The notes below the pieces were generated by a model, which saw only the letters and a list, made by a program, of their open reading frames with translations, had not been told where the DNA came from and made no database searches. Made by a program: the position numbers and the translations under genes. Of a DNA stretch of 64,000 nt, positions 38,443 through 48,444 are shown in pieces. Source of the DNA: Solirubrobacteraceae bacterium (GTDB lineage: Bacteria > Actinomycetota > Thermoleophilia > Solirubrobacterales > Solirubrobacteraceae); assembly GCA_016463765.1 (NCBI GenBank), contig JAEMQS010000017.1, forward strand, positions 10,168 through 74,167, read 5' to 3'. Within the stretch, counting starts at the first letter, position 1. Each line of letters starts with the position of its first letter.

Positions 38443-39708
38443 CTAGCGCTGGAGGCCGAGGCCCATGCGGTCCGCGCCCGACGCCAGGTCGTGATCCGGC
38501 GTACCCGGGGGATGGGCGCGGGCGATCTCGGCGTCGAGCATGGCGAGCTGGTGGTCGAGCGCCGGGTGGCGGATCGGGTCCGTCGCGTCCCGGAGGTCGA
38601 GGAGCTCCGCCCGCAGGCGCCGCGTGACCTGGACCGACGACGCGCCGTACGCGCGGATCTCGGCAAAGGCCAGGTCGAGCCACCCGTCCCACGTCGGCGT
38701 GGGCCAGACGACCCGCACGCGGCCGTCCGGCCCGCGGGCGACGGACGAGCCGAGATCTCGTCCGGCGAGTGCGCGGACGAGATCGCCGATGGTGTCCAGC
38801 GCCTGGACGGCGGTCGTCGGGTCGTTCACGGCGGGAGAGAGCGCGCGGATCGCGCTGTCCACCATGATGCGCAGCGCAAACGCCGGATCCTGCTCGATCG
38901 TCCGCTCGTCGCTGACGACGAGGCTGCTCAGCAGCCGGCGGTGGTCGAACGTCCCGGTCCCGTGGACGCGGAAGAGCTCGTCGCCCGGCGACAGGAACTC
39001 GCCGACCGTGGGCACCAGTTCGATGGTGAGGTCCGCGGCGGTCGCGGCGCGCTGCAGGGTGCGGGCGTCGAACGAAGCGAGCACGCCGCGGTGGGAACGC
39101 ACGCGGACGATGCGCGGGTCCGCGGTCTCCCAGTCGCGCGCGGGCGGCGTCGGGTCGGGACCGAGGGCGTCGGGATAGACCTGTTCTCCTGCGGCAACAC
39201 CGTCGGCGAGGACGCGGCCGAGCAGATTGCGCGGCCGCAGGCGGTCGAGGACCCGCTGGAGCAGGGCGAGGAACAGCACCGACGCGCCCACGAGCAGGGC
39301 CAGCGACAGTGCGACGGAGATGTCCGGTGTGATGCCGGACCCCGCGGTCAGCTCGCGCAGCGCGACGACCGGATAGATCGAGGCGGCGAGGAACGAGCCG
39401 ATCGCGTGCTTGACCAGCGCGTCGCGACGGAACCACAGGACGAGCCGCGGTGAGTACTGCGTCGCGGCGAACTGCACGACCAGCAGCGTGCTGGAGACCA
39501 CGAGCCCGGTGAACGCGAGCATGCCGGTCGCCGTCGACGTGAGGATCGCCTGTGCGGCATCGATGTCGACGTCGATCCGCAGCGGGAAGCTGCCCCGGCG
39601 ATCGATGTTCGGTGTGACGTCGCCCAGGATCAGGGCGGCGATGACGTACAGCGACGGCACGATGATCAGACTGCGCCGGATGCGCAGCCGCAGCAGGCGC
39701 GTGTTCAC
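38443..39708 (-). CDS. DUF2254 membrane protein
   Basis: QYSPRL, EQDPAFALRIMVDSAIRALSPAVNDPTTAVQ; GTGA-coupled to the antiporter. Confidence 0.88.
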   Translation of the reverse strand: MNTRLLRLRIRRSLIIVPSLYVIAALILGDVTPNIDRRGSFPLRIDVDIDAAQAILTSTATGMLAFTGLVVSSTLLVVQFAATQYSPRLVLWFRRDALVKHAIGSFLAASIYPVVALRELTAGSGITPDISVALSLALLVGASVLFLALLQRVLDRLRPRNLLGRVLADGVAAGEQVYPDALGPDPTPPARDWETADPRIVRVRSHRGVLASFDARTLQRAATAADLTIELVPTVGEFLSPGDELFRVHGTGTFDHRRLLSSLVVSDERTIEQDPAFALRIMVDSAIRALSPAVNDPTTAVQALDTIGDLVRALAGRDLGSSVARGPDGRVRVVWPTPTWDGWLDLAFAEIRAYGASSVQVTRRLRAELLDLRDATDPIRHPALDHQLAMLDAEIARAHPPGTPDHDLASGADRMGLGLQR

Positions 39709-40907
39709 GTCGGCGACCAGCCCGGCTCGGATGCCACCGCGGACGCGCGGTCTCCTCGGAGCTTGAGACCGATGAGCGGGAACAGCATCGTCGAGAGGAT
39801 CGCCGCGCCCACGAGCGCCGCGGAGGTCGACGAGCGCATCTCCTTCTCCTCGACGGCGATCGTGGTGATCGCGACCACGAGCGGCAGCTGGGTGGAGCTG
39901 AAGAACGCGAGCGCCAGGCGATCCTTCTTCTCGAGGACCTCGCGGTACAGCAGCATCGCGGGGGTGCCGCGGACGATCAGGAACAGGGCGAGGAACATGA
40001 CGACCTCGAGCAGCGCGGTCGGGTTGTCGAGCAGGGCGTCGAGATCGAACTTCAGCCCGCTCGTGACGAAGAAGAACGGGATCAGGAACCCGTAGCCGAC
40101 GGCGGTGAGCTTGCTCTCGAACACCGGGACCTCCCGGCCCTTCAGCGCCAGGCGCACGATGATGCCCGCCACGAACCCGCCGAGCAGCAGGTCCAGCCCG
40201 AGTTCGGACGCGAGCGCGGCCAGGGCGAAGACGATGAACACCGAACCGCGGATCGCGATCTGGCCGCTCGTCTCGATCGTGCGCTCCAGGGCGCTCCACC
40301 CGTGGACGACGGAGCGCGTCGCGATGACGGCCGTCACGACCGCGATGACGACGAACGCGATGAGCAACGCCGCGCTGGAGACGGGGTTCGTGGTGGAGAA
40401 GAAGATCGTCATGAGGAGGATCGGCCCGAACTCGCCGACCGCACCGGCGGCGAGCAGGTACGTCCCGAACCGGGTCTTCAGCTCCCCGGCGTCGCTGAGG
40501 ATCGGGATGAGCGTGCCGATCGCGGTCGTCGACATCGCGGTGCCGACGAACATCAGTGAGATCACGATGCCGGCCGCGGCGAGCAGGCCGCCGAGCGTGT
40601 ACGCGAGCACGAGCGAGAGCACCCAGCCAACCCCGGCGAGCCGCAGCGGGATGCCCCGGATGCGCTCGAGGTCGATCTCGTAGCCGGCGAAGAAGAACAG
40701 CAGCCCGAGGCCGAGGCTGGAGAAGAACGCGATGAAGTCGTCGGGCTCGGCCAGGCCGAGAACCTCCGGGCCGACGATGATCCCGAGGATCAGCTCGAGC
40801 ACGACGACGGGCAGCGGCAGCCACGAGGCCAGGCGCGCGGAGAGGATCGCCGCGATGAGCGCGACGCCCACCACGACGAGGAATGAGACGCCGTCGACCT
40901 CGACCAT
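39705..40907 (-). CDS. Cation:proton antiporter (CPA2/Kef-type)
   Basis: Multi-TM; LFFFAGYEID, GFLIPFFFVTSG, STQLPL. Confidence 0.9.
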   Translation of the reverse strand: MVEVDGVSFLVVVGVALIAAILSARLASWLPLPVVVLELILGIIVGPEVLGLAEPDDFIAFFSSLGLGLLFFFAGYEIDLERIRGIPLRLAGVGWVLSLVLAYTLGGLLAAAGIVISLMFVGTAMSTTAIGTLIPILSDAGELKTRFGTYLLAAGAVGEFGPILLMTIFFSTTNPVSSAALLIAFVVIAVVTAVIATRSVVHGWSALERTIETSGQIAIRGSVFIVFALAALASELGLDLLLGGFVAGIIVRLALKGREVPVFESKLTAVGYGFLIPFFFVTSGLKFDLDALLDNPTALLEVVMFLALFLIVRGTPAMLLYREVLEKKDRLALAFFSSTQLPLVVAITTIAVEEKEMRSSTSAALVGAAILSTMLFPLIGLKLRGDRASAVASEPGWSPT

Positions 40908-40933
40908 GGCGCGGACTCAACCAGAAGCGGCGG

Positions 40934-41389
40934 CTACAGGCGCTTCTCTCCCCAGAAGCTCGCGAACGGATTGGCGTTGAAGTTGCCGATCGGCGCGTAC
41001 CCCGCCGCGCGGTACATGCGCTCGGCGTGCGGCTGCTTGGGGCCCGTGTCCAGGCGCGCGATCAGGTAGCCGAGCTCACGCGCGCGGTCCTCGAGCGCGA
41101 CGAGCAGCTCCCCGGCGATGCCCCGCCCGCGGGCCTCGGGGACGACGTACATGCGCTTGATCTCGCACGCCTCGTGGTCGAGGCGCTTCAGGCCCCCGCA
41201 GCACACGACCGCCCCATCGTCGGTCCCGAGCAGGAAGTCGCCGCCGGGTGGCGCGAAATCGGCGGGCGTGGCGGACGGCGCGTCCGGGACGTCGATCCGC
41301 CCGTAGAGGGGCTCGAGTTCGGTCACCATCGCGGCGACCAGGGTGCTGCCGGGAGGTTCGCCCGCGGACCCCGAGGAGAACGTCGTCAT
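40934..41389 (-). CDS. GNAT acetyltransferase
   Basis: EIKRMYVVPEARGRG, LDTG..QP.A..MY...GY. Confidence 0.92.
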   Translation of the reverse strand: MTTFSSGSAGEPPGSTLVAAMVTELEPLYGRIDVPDAPSATPADFAPPGGDFLLGTDDGAVVCCGGLKRLDHEACEIKRMYVVPEARGRGIAGELLVALEDRARELGYLIARLDTGPKQPHAERMYRAAGYAPIGNFNANPFASFWGEKRL

Positions 41390-41407
41390 GCCAGGTAGGG
41401 TCGCACG

Positions 41408-41797
41408 ATGAGCTCCGATTTCGTCGTGGATGTCACGAAGGGCGACGGGTACGCCGTTAGCTCACTCGACCAGCTGGGGGAGGGGTGGGGCTTTCGCAAG
41501 ATCCGCGGCCCGCTCGGGCTGACGGCGTTCGGCGCGAACGCGATCGTCATGCCGCCGGGGTACTCGGCCGGCAAGCACGCGCACGAACGCCAGGAGGAGC
41601 TGTACTTCGTCCACGCCGGGACGCTGGAGATCGCGTTCGGCGACGGCACCGCCCACCGGCTGGAGGCCGGTGGGCTCGCCTGGGTCGATGCCAGCACCGT
41701 GCGAGGACTGACGAACGTCGGGGACACCGACGTCGTCTACCTGTGCGTGGGCGGCAAGGACGGGTACGTGGAGCGGGACGGCGTGAAGGTCGACTGA
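41408..41797 (+). CDS. Cupin domain protein
   Basis: LGLTAFGANA, HAHERQEELYFVHAG. Confidence 0.85.
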   Translation: MSSDFVVDVTKGDGYAVSSLDQLGEGWGFRKIRGPLGLTAFGANAIVMPPGYSAGKHAHERQEELYFVHAGTLEIAFGDGTAHRLEAGGLAWVDASTVRGLTNVGDTDVVYLCVGGKDGYVERDGVKVD

Positions 41798-41800
41798 CCT

Positions 41801-42868
41801 CTACGCCGCAGCCGGCGCGAACCCGTAGGCCTCGGCCAGCTCCGGATCCTTCTCGGCCAGCATCTGCGCGAGGTCGACCATGACCTTGCACTGCTTCCAG
41901 GTCGCGTCGTCCTGCATCTTGCCGTCGATCATGTGCACGCCGCGGCCGTCCGGGATCGCCTCGATGACCTTCTTGGCGAACAGGACCTCGTCCGGGTCGG
42001 GCGAGAAGACCTTCTTCGCGATGTCGATCTGCACGGGGTGCAGCGACCAGGTGCCGACGCAGCCCATGAGGAACGCGGCGCGGAACTGCACCTCGCAGGC
42101 CACCGTGTCCTTGATGTCGCCGAACGGACCGTAGAACGGCAGGATGCCGTTGGCCGTGCACGCGTCGACCATGCGGCCGATCGAGTAGTGCCAGAGATCC
42201 TGCTGCGAGCGCACGCGGCCGGTCTCGAGGTCGTCGGCCGACGTCGGGTCGGTGATCGTCTGGTAGCCGGGGTGGCCGCCGCCGACGCGCGTGGTCTTCA
42301 TGCGGCGCGAGGCCGCGAGGTCGGCCGGGCCGAAGCTCATGCCCTGCATGCGCGGGGAGGCCGACGCGATCTCCTCGACGTTCGTCACGCCCTGGGCGGT
42401 CTCGAGGATCGCGTGGATCAGGATCGGCCGCTGGATGCCGGCGCGCGACTCCAGCTGCGCCAGGAGGCGGTCCATGTAGTGGATGTCCCAGGCGCCCTCG
42501 ACCTTCGGGACCATGATGACGTCGAGCTTGTCGCCGATCTCGGTGACGAGCGTCGTGAGGTCCTCGAGCACCCACGGGCTGTCGAGGGCGTTGACGCGCG
42601 TCCACAGCTGGGTCGATCCGAGGTCGATGGTCTTGCCGACCTCGACGAGGCCCGAGCGCGCGGCTTCCTTGCGATCGACCGGCACGGCGTCCTCGAGGTT
42701 GCCCAGGACGATGTCCGCCTTCGCGGCGATGTCCGGCAGCTTGGCCCGCATCTTCTCGTTGCCGGCGTCGAAGAAATGAATCATCCGCGACGGCGGGAAC
42801 GGGATCTCGGTGACGGGGTCGGGAGCCCCCACGCAGAGGGGCTTGAGGAAGTCGCGAGGGTTACGCAC
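41801..42868 (-). CDS. mcl: Malyl-CoA/beta-methylmalyl-CoA lyase (CitE family, Chloroflexus-like type)
   Basis: [68 protein letters not shown]; GTG 42868 with SD AGGAGA. Confidence 0.88.
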   Translation of the reverse strand: MRNPRDFLKPLCVGAPDPVTEIPFPPSRMIHFFDAGNEKMRAKLPDIAAKADIVLGNLEDAVPVDRKEAARSGLVEVGKTIDLGSTQLWTRVNALDSPWVLEDLTTLVTEIGDKLDVIMVPKVEGAWDIHYMDRLLAQLESRAGIQRPILIHAILETAQGVTNVEEIASASPRMQGMSFGPADLAASRRMKTTRVGGGHPGYQTITDPTSADDLETGRVRSQQDLWHYSIGRMVDACTANGILPFYGPFGDIKDTVACEVQFRAAFLMGCVGTWSLHPVQIDIAKKVFSPDPDEVLFAKKVIEAIPDGRGVHMIDGKMQDDATWKQCKVMVDLAQMLAEKDPELAEAYGFAPAAA

Positions 42869-43007
42869 GGGACGGTCTCCTGATCGAGTCTGGTGGGTGG
42901 ATCGTAGGTGGTCAGGCCGCATCGAAGAGGCCTCGTACGCCACGATGTACGGCCGCTGCGCCTCTCGCGCGCGCCTGACCCAGACCCACGGAAGACCACG
43001 GAGACCC

Positions 43008-43523
43008 ATGAGCTTCACGCCCGGCACCGATGATCAGCAGCGCGTCCGCGAGGAGTCCGGCGCGCACACGTACGGCCGCTACCTCGAGGAGTTCGAGGTC
43101 GGCGACGTCTACAAGCACTGGCCCGCGAAGACGGTGACCGAGTCCGACGATCACCTCTTCTGCCTCATCACCATGAACCACCACCCGCTGCACCTCAACG
43201 ACGTGTACGCGTCGAAGAGCCAGCAGGGCAGGAACGTCGTCGTCGGCCCGCTCGTCTACTCCCTCGCCCTCGGCATGAGCGTCTCGGACGTCTCCGGCAA
43301 GGCGATCGCGAACCTCGCGACCGAGGAGCTCTCGCACCCCAACCCGGTCTTCCACGGCGACACGCTGTTCGTCGAGACCGAGGTGCTGGAGAAGAAGGAG
43401 TCCAAGAGCAAGCCGGACCGCGGCGTGGTCAAGGTCCACACCCGCGTCTACAACCAGGACGGCACGCTCGTCGCCGAGTTCAAGCGCCTCGTGCTGGTCC
43501 CGCGCAAGACGCCGGGCGCCTAG
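43008..43523 (+). CDS. mch: MaoC-family hydratase, likely mesaconyl-CoA hydratase
   Basis: [47 protein letters not shown]; divergent from mcl. Confidence 0.78.
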   Translation: MSFTPGTDDQQRVREESGAHTYGRYLEEFEVGDVYKHWPAKTVTESDDHLFCLITMNHHPLHLNDVYASKSQQGRNVVVGPLVYSLALGMSVSDVSGKAIANLATEELSHPNPVFHGDTLFVETEVLEKKESKSKPDRGVVKVHTRVYNQDGTLVAEFKRLVLVPRKTPGA

Positions 43524-43585
43524 CGACGACGGCATTTCGGGTTTCCCGCGGTTATTGCCGCGGGAACCCGCATGCCGCGGCGTCG
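43524..43585 (+). terminator. Long stem-loop after mch
   Basis: CGGCAT..CGGGTTTCCCGCGG-TTATTG-CCGCGGGAACCCG-CATGCCG. Confidence 0.7.
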
Positions 43586-43749
43586 GTGGCGTTGGTACCC
43601 TTCGCGGATCGGTAGCGCCCCGGGGTATGGCGCGCCTCGTGACCGACAGGACGTTTGGTCGCGAGCCGCCCCGCAGATCGAACGTGATCTGCGCCCTCGC
43701 GGCCGGCTCCGAACCAACTCCGGCTAGCGACACACGAGGCTTCCGTTCC

Positions 43750-45552
43750 GTGACTCAGACCACCGCCGCCCCGACTCAGAATCAGAAGCTCCTCGCCTGG
43801 GTGGAGGAGATCGCCGCCCTCACCAAGCCTGAGGCGGTGTACTGGTGCGACGGCAGCGCGGAGGAGTACGACCGGCTGGCGCAGGAGCTCGTTGATGCGG
43901 GCACCTTCCGCAAGCTCAGCGACGCCAAGCGCCCGAACAGCTACCTCGCGTGGACGGACCCGTCCGACGTGGCCCGGGTCGAGGACCGCACGTTCATCTG
44001 CGCGGCGACCGAGGAGGAGGCCGGACCGAACAACAACTGGCGCGACCCCGCCGAGATGCGCACCGAGATGAACGGCATCTTCGAGGGCGCGATGGCCGGC
44101 CGCACGATGTACGTCATCCCGTTCTCGATGGGCCCGGTCGGCTCGGACAAGAGCCACATCGGCGTCCAGGTCTCCGACTCGGCGTACGTCGTCACGAACA
44201 TGCGGATCATGACCCGCATGGGCCAGAAGGTCCTCGACCAGCTCGGCGCCGACGGTGAGTTCGTCCCGTGCGTGCACTCGATCGGCGCGCCCCTGGCGCC
44301 CGGTCAGGAGGACGTCGTCTGGCCGACGAACGCCGAGACGAAGTACATCGTCCACTACCCCGAGACCCGCGAGATCTGGTCGTACGGCTCGGGCTACGGC
44401 GGCAACGCGCTGCTGGGCAAGAAGTGCTTCGCCCTGCGCATCGCGTCGATCATGGCGCGCGACGAGGGCTGGATGGCCGAGCACATGCTCATCCTCAAGC
44501 TCACCTCGCCGGAGGGGAAGGTCAAGTACGTCACCGGCGCGTTCCCGAGCGCGTGCGGCAAGACCAACCTCGCCATGCTCGTCCCGACGCTCGAGGGCTG
44601 GACCGTCGAGACGGTCGGCGACGACATCGCCTGGATGAAGTTCGGCGACGACGGCCGCCTGTACGCGATCAACCCCGAGTACGGCTTCTTCGGCGTCGCT
44701 CCGGGCACGGGCGCGGACACGAACCCGAACGCCATCGCGTCGATCGCGAAGAACACGATCTTCAGCAACTGCGCGCTGACCGACGACGGCGACATCTGGT
44801 GGGAGGGCCTCACGAAGGAGAAGCCCGCGCACCTGATCGACTGGCACGGCAACGACTGGACGCCGGACAGCGACACGCCCGCCGCGCACCCGAACGCGCG
44901 CTTCACGGTCCCGGCCGAGCAGGCGCCGTCCATCGCCGCCGAGTGGGAGGACCCCAAGGGCGTGCCGATCGACGCGTTCCTTTTCGGCGGCCGCCGTGCC
45001 TCGGGCGTCCCGCTCGTGCGCGAGTCGTTCGACTGGGAGCACGGCACGTTCCTCGCCGCGACGATGTCCAGCGAGCAGACCGCGGCCGCGTTCGGCCAGG
45101 TCGGCGCGCTGCGCTTCGACCCGTTCGCCCAGCTGCCGTTCGCGGGCTACAACATGGGCGACTACATGGCCCACTGGCTGAAGCTCGGCGAGACCGACGG
45201 CGCGAAGCTGCCGAAGATCTTCTACGTCAACTGGTTCCGCAAGGACGAGGACGGGAAGTTCATGTGGCCGGGCTTCGGCGAGAACAGCCGCGTCCTGGAG
45301 TGGATCTTCCGTCGCTGCGACGGTGAGGGTGAGGTCGTCGAGACGCCGATCGGCTTCGTGCCGCCGGCGAGCGACCTGAACGTCGAGGGCCTGGACATCG
45401 CGCCCGAGACGCTCGAGGCGTTGCTCACCGTCGACGTCGAGACGGTCAAGCAGGAGCTGCCGCAGGTCGAGGAGAGCCTCACGAAGTACGGCGACCACCT
45501 GCCGGCCGGTATCCAGCGCCAGCTGGACAAGCTCAAGGCCGCCGTCGCCTAG
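43750..45552 (+). CDS. pckG: Phosphoenolpyruvate carboxykinase (GTP)
   Basis: [62 protein letters not shown]. Confidence 0.97.
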   Translation: MTQTTAAPTQNQKLLAWVEEIAALTKPEAVYWCDGSAEEYDRLAQELVDAGTFRKLSDAKRPNSYLAWTDPSDVARVEDRTFICAATEEEAGPNNNWRDPAEMRTEMNGIFEGAMAGRTMYVIPFSMGPVGSDKSHIGVQVSDSAYVVTNMRIMTRMGQKVLDQLGADGEFVPCVHSIGAPLAPGQEDVVWPTNAETKYIVHYPETREIWSYGSGYGGNALLGKKCFALRIASIMARDEGWMAEHMLILKLTSPEGKVKYVTGAFPSACGKTNLAMLVPTLEGWTVETVGDDIAWMKFGDDGRLYAINPEYGFFGVAPGTGADTNPNAIASIAKNTIFSNCALTDDGDIWWEGLTKEKPAHLIDWHGNDWTPDSDTPAAHPNARFTVPAEQAPSIAAEWEDPKGVPIDAFLFGGRRASGVPLVRESFDWEHGTFLAATMSSEQTAAAFGQVGALRFDPFAQLPFAGYNMGDYMAHWLKLGETDGAKLPKIFYVNWFRKDEDGKFMWPGFGENSRVLEWIFRRCDGEGEVVETPIGFVPPASDLNVEGLDIAPETLEALLTVDVETVKQELPQVEESLTKYGDHLPAGIQRQLDKLKAAVA

Positions 45553-45565
45553 CGGCCTCTGCGCC

Positions 45566-45595
45566 CGGGAGGGCGGCCAGGCGGCCGTCCTCCCG
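45566..45595. terminator. Stem-loop between convergent genes
   Basis: CGGGAGGGCGGCC-AGGC-GGCCGTCCTCCCG. Confidence 0.7.
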
Positions 45596-45600
45596 TCTGC

Positions 45601-45927
45601 TCAGGCGGCAGCCAGCGCGAACGGGCTGCCCTCGGAATCCCGGCAGATCGCCCAGCGCTCGCCGGGATGGATGACCGTGCCACCGAGCTCGGCGATGCGC
45701 GCGAGCGTCGCGGGCAGGTCGGCCACGGTGAAGTAGGGGAGGGACCCGGTGTCGCCCGGGCCCTTCCCGCGCTCGTGGACGCCGAGGCGCAGGCCGTCGG
45801 TCTCGGTCTCCCAGCCTGAGCCCGCGTCCTGCTGGCGCGGCGCGAGGTCGACGCCGAGGACACCGTGCCAGAACCGCAGGGCGCGGTCGGGGTCGTCGGC
45901 GGGGAACTCGATCAGCGGAGCGGGCAC
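45601..45927 (-). CDS. VOC/glyoxalase family protein
   Basis: EFPADDPDRA..FW, YFTVADL, ELGG, RDSEGSPFAL. Confidence 0.85.
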   Translation of the reverse strand: MPAPLIEFPADDPDRALRFWHGVLGVDLAPRQQDAGSGWETETDGLRLGVHERGKGPGDTGSLPYFTVADLPATLARIAELGGTVIHPGERWAICRDSEGSPFALAAA

Positions 45928-45948
45928 ACGGACGAGTATGACCGTGCG

Positions 45949-46272
45949 CTACGGCGCCCGGCGCGGTCCATGCGCTGAGCGCTCCAGGGCGGCCAGCCGG
46001 TCGTCCCACGCCGAGCCCACGCGCGCCATCCAGGCGATCGCGTCGTTGAGCGGCGCCGGGGTCGCGCGCCAGTGCGTCTCGCGGCCGGCCCGCTCGCCCG
46101 CGACCAGCTCGGCCGCCGCGAGGACGTGCAGGTGCTTGGCGACGGCCTGCCGGGTCACCGGCAGGTCCGCGGCGAGCTCGGTCGCGGTGATGCCGGCCCG
46201 CGCGGCGATCGTGTCGAGCACGGTGCGCCGCGTCGGGTCGGCCAGCGCGGTGAAGACGGCGTCGGTCGGCAT
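45949..46272 (-). CDS. ArsR family regulator
   Basis: VFTALADPTRR, VTRQAVAKHL, GRE, WDDRL. Confidence 0.92.
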   Translation of the reverse strand: MPTDAVFTALADPTRRTVLDTIAARAGITATELAADLPVTRQAVAKHLHVLAAAELVAGERAGRETHWRATPAPLNDAIAWMARVGSAWDDRLAALERSAHGPRRAP

Positions 46273-46279
46273 GCGCCGG

Positions 46280-46696
46280 TCAGACCAGGACGGCCACGCG
46301 CGAGATGAGCATCGGGAGCGCCATCGCGGCCGGCCCGTACATGCCGCCGCCGCGCAGCACGGGATGGGTGCCGATCCGCGTGGTGCTGACGGCGTAGACG
46401 GGCGCGCTCTCGACGACGCGAACCCGCGTGCCGTCGTCCCCCTCGTCGAGCGTGAGGCAGACGCGCGTCATGAGTTCGTCGTCGCCCGCACGCCACCACA
46501 GGACCAGGCGCTCGCCGGGGACAACCTCCTCGACCTCGACCTCGCGTTCCTCACCGTCGCGCAGCCACAGCCAGCCGCGCTCGCCCTCGGCGAGCTCGAG
46601 CTCGGCGCCGGCGCAGAGCCAGCCGCGCAGGTCGGCGAGGGCCTCCCAGGCCGCGTCGCGGTCAAGGTCGAGCAGGATCTCGCGGGTCACGTTCAC
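46280..46696 (-). CDS. SRPBCC/AHSA1 domain protein
   Basis: GTG 46696 with SD AAGGAG; VTREI...[24 protein letters not shown]. Confidence 0.82.
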   Translation of the reverse strand: MNVTREILLDLDRDAAWEALADLRGWLCAGAELELAEGERGWLWLRDGEEREVEVEEVVPGERLVLWWRAGDDELMTRVCLTLDEGDDGTRVRVVESAPVYAVSTTRIGTHPVLRGGGMYGPAAMALPMLISRVAVLV

Positions 46697-46713
46697 GGCG
46701 TCGGCTCCTTCGT

Positions 46714-46773
46714 GCAACCGTCGGGTTGCGTCCATGCTACCGTGCTCGCCACAAAAGGCAACCAGATGGTTGC
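46714..46773. promoter_or_regulatory. Two ArsR-type operators GCAACC-N4-GGTTGC
   Basis: Perfect arms at 46714-46729 and 46758-46773. Confidence 0.78.
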
Positions 46774-46790
46774 GGAAAGGGTGGTGGGCC

Positions 46791-47396
46791 ATGCCGCTGG
46801 TGCCGATGGTGATCCAGAACGACGGGCGCGGGGAGCGCTCGTTCGACATCTACTCGCGCCTGCTCAACGAGCGCGTCATCTTCCTGGGCACGCAGATCGA
46901 CGACGAGGTCGCCAACCTCATCGTCGCCCAGCTGCTGCACCTCGAGGCCGACGACCCGGAGAAGGACATCTCCCTGTACGTCAACTCGCCCGGCGGTGGC
47001 GTGTACGCGGGCCTGGCGATCTACGACACGATGCAGTTCATCAAGCCCGACGTGCAGACCATCTGCTGCGGGATCGCCATGAGCGCCGGCTCGCTGGTGC
47101 TCATGGGCGGGGCGCCCGGCAAGCGGATGTCGCTGCCCAACAGCCGGATCCTGATCCACCAGCCGCTGGGAGGCTTCCAGGGCCAGTCGACGGATATCGA
47201 GATTCACGCCAACGAGGTCCTTGCGCTGCGCCGCCGGCTCGACGAGCTGTACGCCCAGCACACGGGGCAGACCGTTGAGCAGCTGCACGACGACATGGAG
47301 CGCGACCGGTTCTTCACGCCCGAACAGGCGCGCGACTACGGCCTCATCGACCGGGTCATCGAGGACCGCGCGGCGGTCGTCAGCCCTGCGGGTTGA
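46791..47396 (+). CDS. clpP: ATP-dependent Clp protease proteolytic subunit
   Basis: [36 protein letters not shown]. Confidence 0.96.
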   Translation: MPLVPMVIQNDGRGERSFDIYSRLLNERVIFLGTQIDDEVANLIVAQLLHLEADDPEKDISLYVNSPGGGVYAGLAIYDTMQFIKPDVQTICCGIAMSAGSLVLMGGAPGKRMSLPNSRILIHQPLGGFQGQSTDIEIHANEVLALRRRLDELYAQHTGQTVEQLHDDMERDRFFTPEQARDYGLIDRVIEDRAAVVSPAG

Positions 47397-47811
47397 CGCC
47401 GAAGTTCTTCGCGTTGAACGTCACGGGCAGGCAGACGGACTTCTTGGGCGTCACGGTGCCCTTCGCGCGGTTGTTCGCGAACTTCACGGTGACCGTGACG
47501 TCCTTGACCACCGGTGGATTGCTGCCTTCGGCGACCTTCGCCTTGCCGCTGTAGGACACCGACCCGGCACTGGAGATCCGCACCTTGCGCAGGATCTGGA
47601 TGCCGCCGCCGGTGATCAGGCTCCCGTCGTTGCCCCGGTACTGGCAGGGGAACGTCATGGACTTCAGGGCTTTCGCGTCCTTGGTCGTCGTGAGGTACGC
47701 CTGCAGCTTCACGTCGATGTAGGTCCCGCGCTTGGGGTAGGCGGCCCAAGCGGCGGGGGCGAGCAGGAGAAGGACGGCGAGAGCGGCGGTGGCAGCGCGG
47801 CGCGGGGTCAT
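47380..47811 (-). CDS. Secreted Lys-rich hypothetical protein
   Basis: Signal peptide (..AAWAA), beta-rich, two Cys; TACGGT 6 nt before the ATG. Confidence 0.7.
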   Translation of the reverse strand: MTPRRAATAALAVLLLLAPAAWAAYPKRGTYIDVKLQAYLTTTKDAKALKSMTFPCQYRGNDGSLITGGGIQILRKVRISSAGSVSYSGKAKVAEGSNPPVVKDVTVTVKFANNRAKGTVTPKKSVCLPVTFNAKNFGVNPQG

Positions 47812-47870
47812 CCGGCGACCGTATCCGGCCGGCCCGGCCAGCGCAGCGCCTCGCTACGTCATCGTGCGTA

Positions 47871-48434
47871 TCAGCGGTGGTCGCCGCCCGCAGCGGCCGG
47901 CGGGCGCGACTCCTCGGCGAGTGACATCAGCGCGAGCGTGCCCCGCGCGGCGTCCTCGAGGACCTCGGTCGCCTCCTCCGCCGAGCGCGCGTAGAGCTCG
48001 ACGAGCAGATGCACCGTGATCGTGTTGTCGTCGTCGTGCTTGTGGAAGCGCACATGGGTGAAGAACTCGCGGGTGCCGTGATCGCCGAAGGCGGCGTAGG
48101 AGAGCGCGTCGCCGGCCTCGGGGCCCGAGCACGTCTCGACGTCGTCGGCGTGCACGGTGACGGTGCAGGAGGCGACCCACGGGGTGCCCGCGATCATCCG
48201 CTCCCAGCGGTCTTCGATGGGCTCGACGCGCCCGTTGTGGAAGGCGAGGTGCGGCTGGTCGTGCATGCACTGCAGGCACTGGACGACGGCTTCCTGCAAC
48301 TCGTCGACGACGTCGGCGCGCTCGCCGGTGTCCGGATCGATCCGGTGGATGCCCTCGTAGTGCACCTGCACTTCGAGGTCGGTGGACCAGCAGCGGTAGC
48401 AGCGCAGCCAGGCGCGAACCTCGGAACCCTCCAT
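47871..48434 (-). CDS. Hypothetical protein with two CxxC motifs (zinc-ribbon-like)
   Basis: CYRC and CLQC; TAACAT 7 nt before ATG 48434. Confidence 0.72.
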   Translation of the reverse strand: MEGSEVRAWLRCYRCWSTDLEVQVHYEGIHRIDPDTGERADVVDELQEAVVQCLQCMHDQPHLAFHNGRVEPIEDRWERMIAGTPWVASCTVTVHADDVETCSGPEAGDALSYAAFGDHGTREFFTHVRFHKHDDDNTITVHLLVELYARSAEEATEVLEDAARGTLALMSLAEESRPPAAAGGDHR

Positions 48435-48444
48435 CGGTGGCATG

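Noticed and set aside
36947-40920. Apparent large fusions from the ORF track (829-aa Amt, 825-aa DUF2254; likewise the 715-aa ACAD and 804-aa PabB)
   Set aside because: N-terminal extensions are Arg/Pro-rich off-frame reads of upstream genes; internal starts with SD or stop-start overlap are evident
45601-45927. VOC protein as the missing ethylmalonyl-CoA epimerase
   Set aside because: Lacks the DHIGIAV...ELL...G.HH.A...FLHPK...ELV metal-binding motifs, and sits in the ArsR-SRPBCC context
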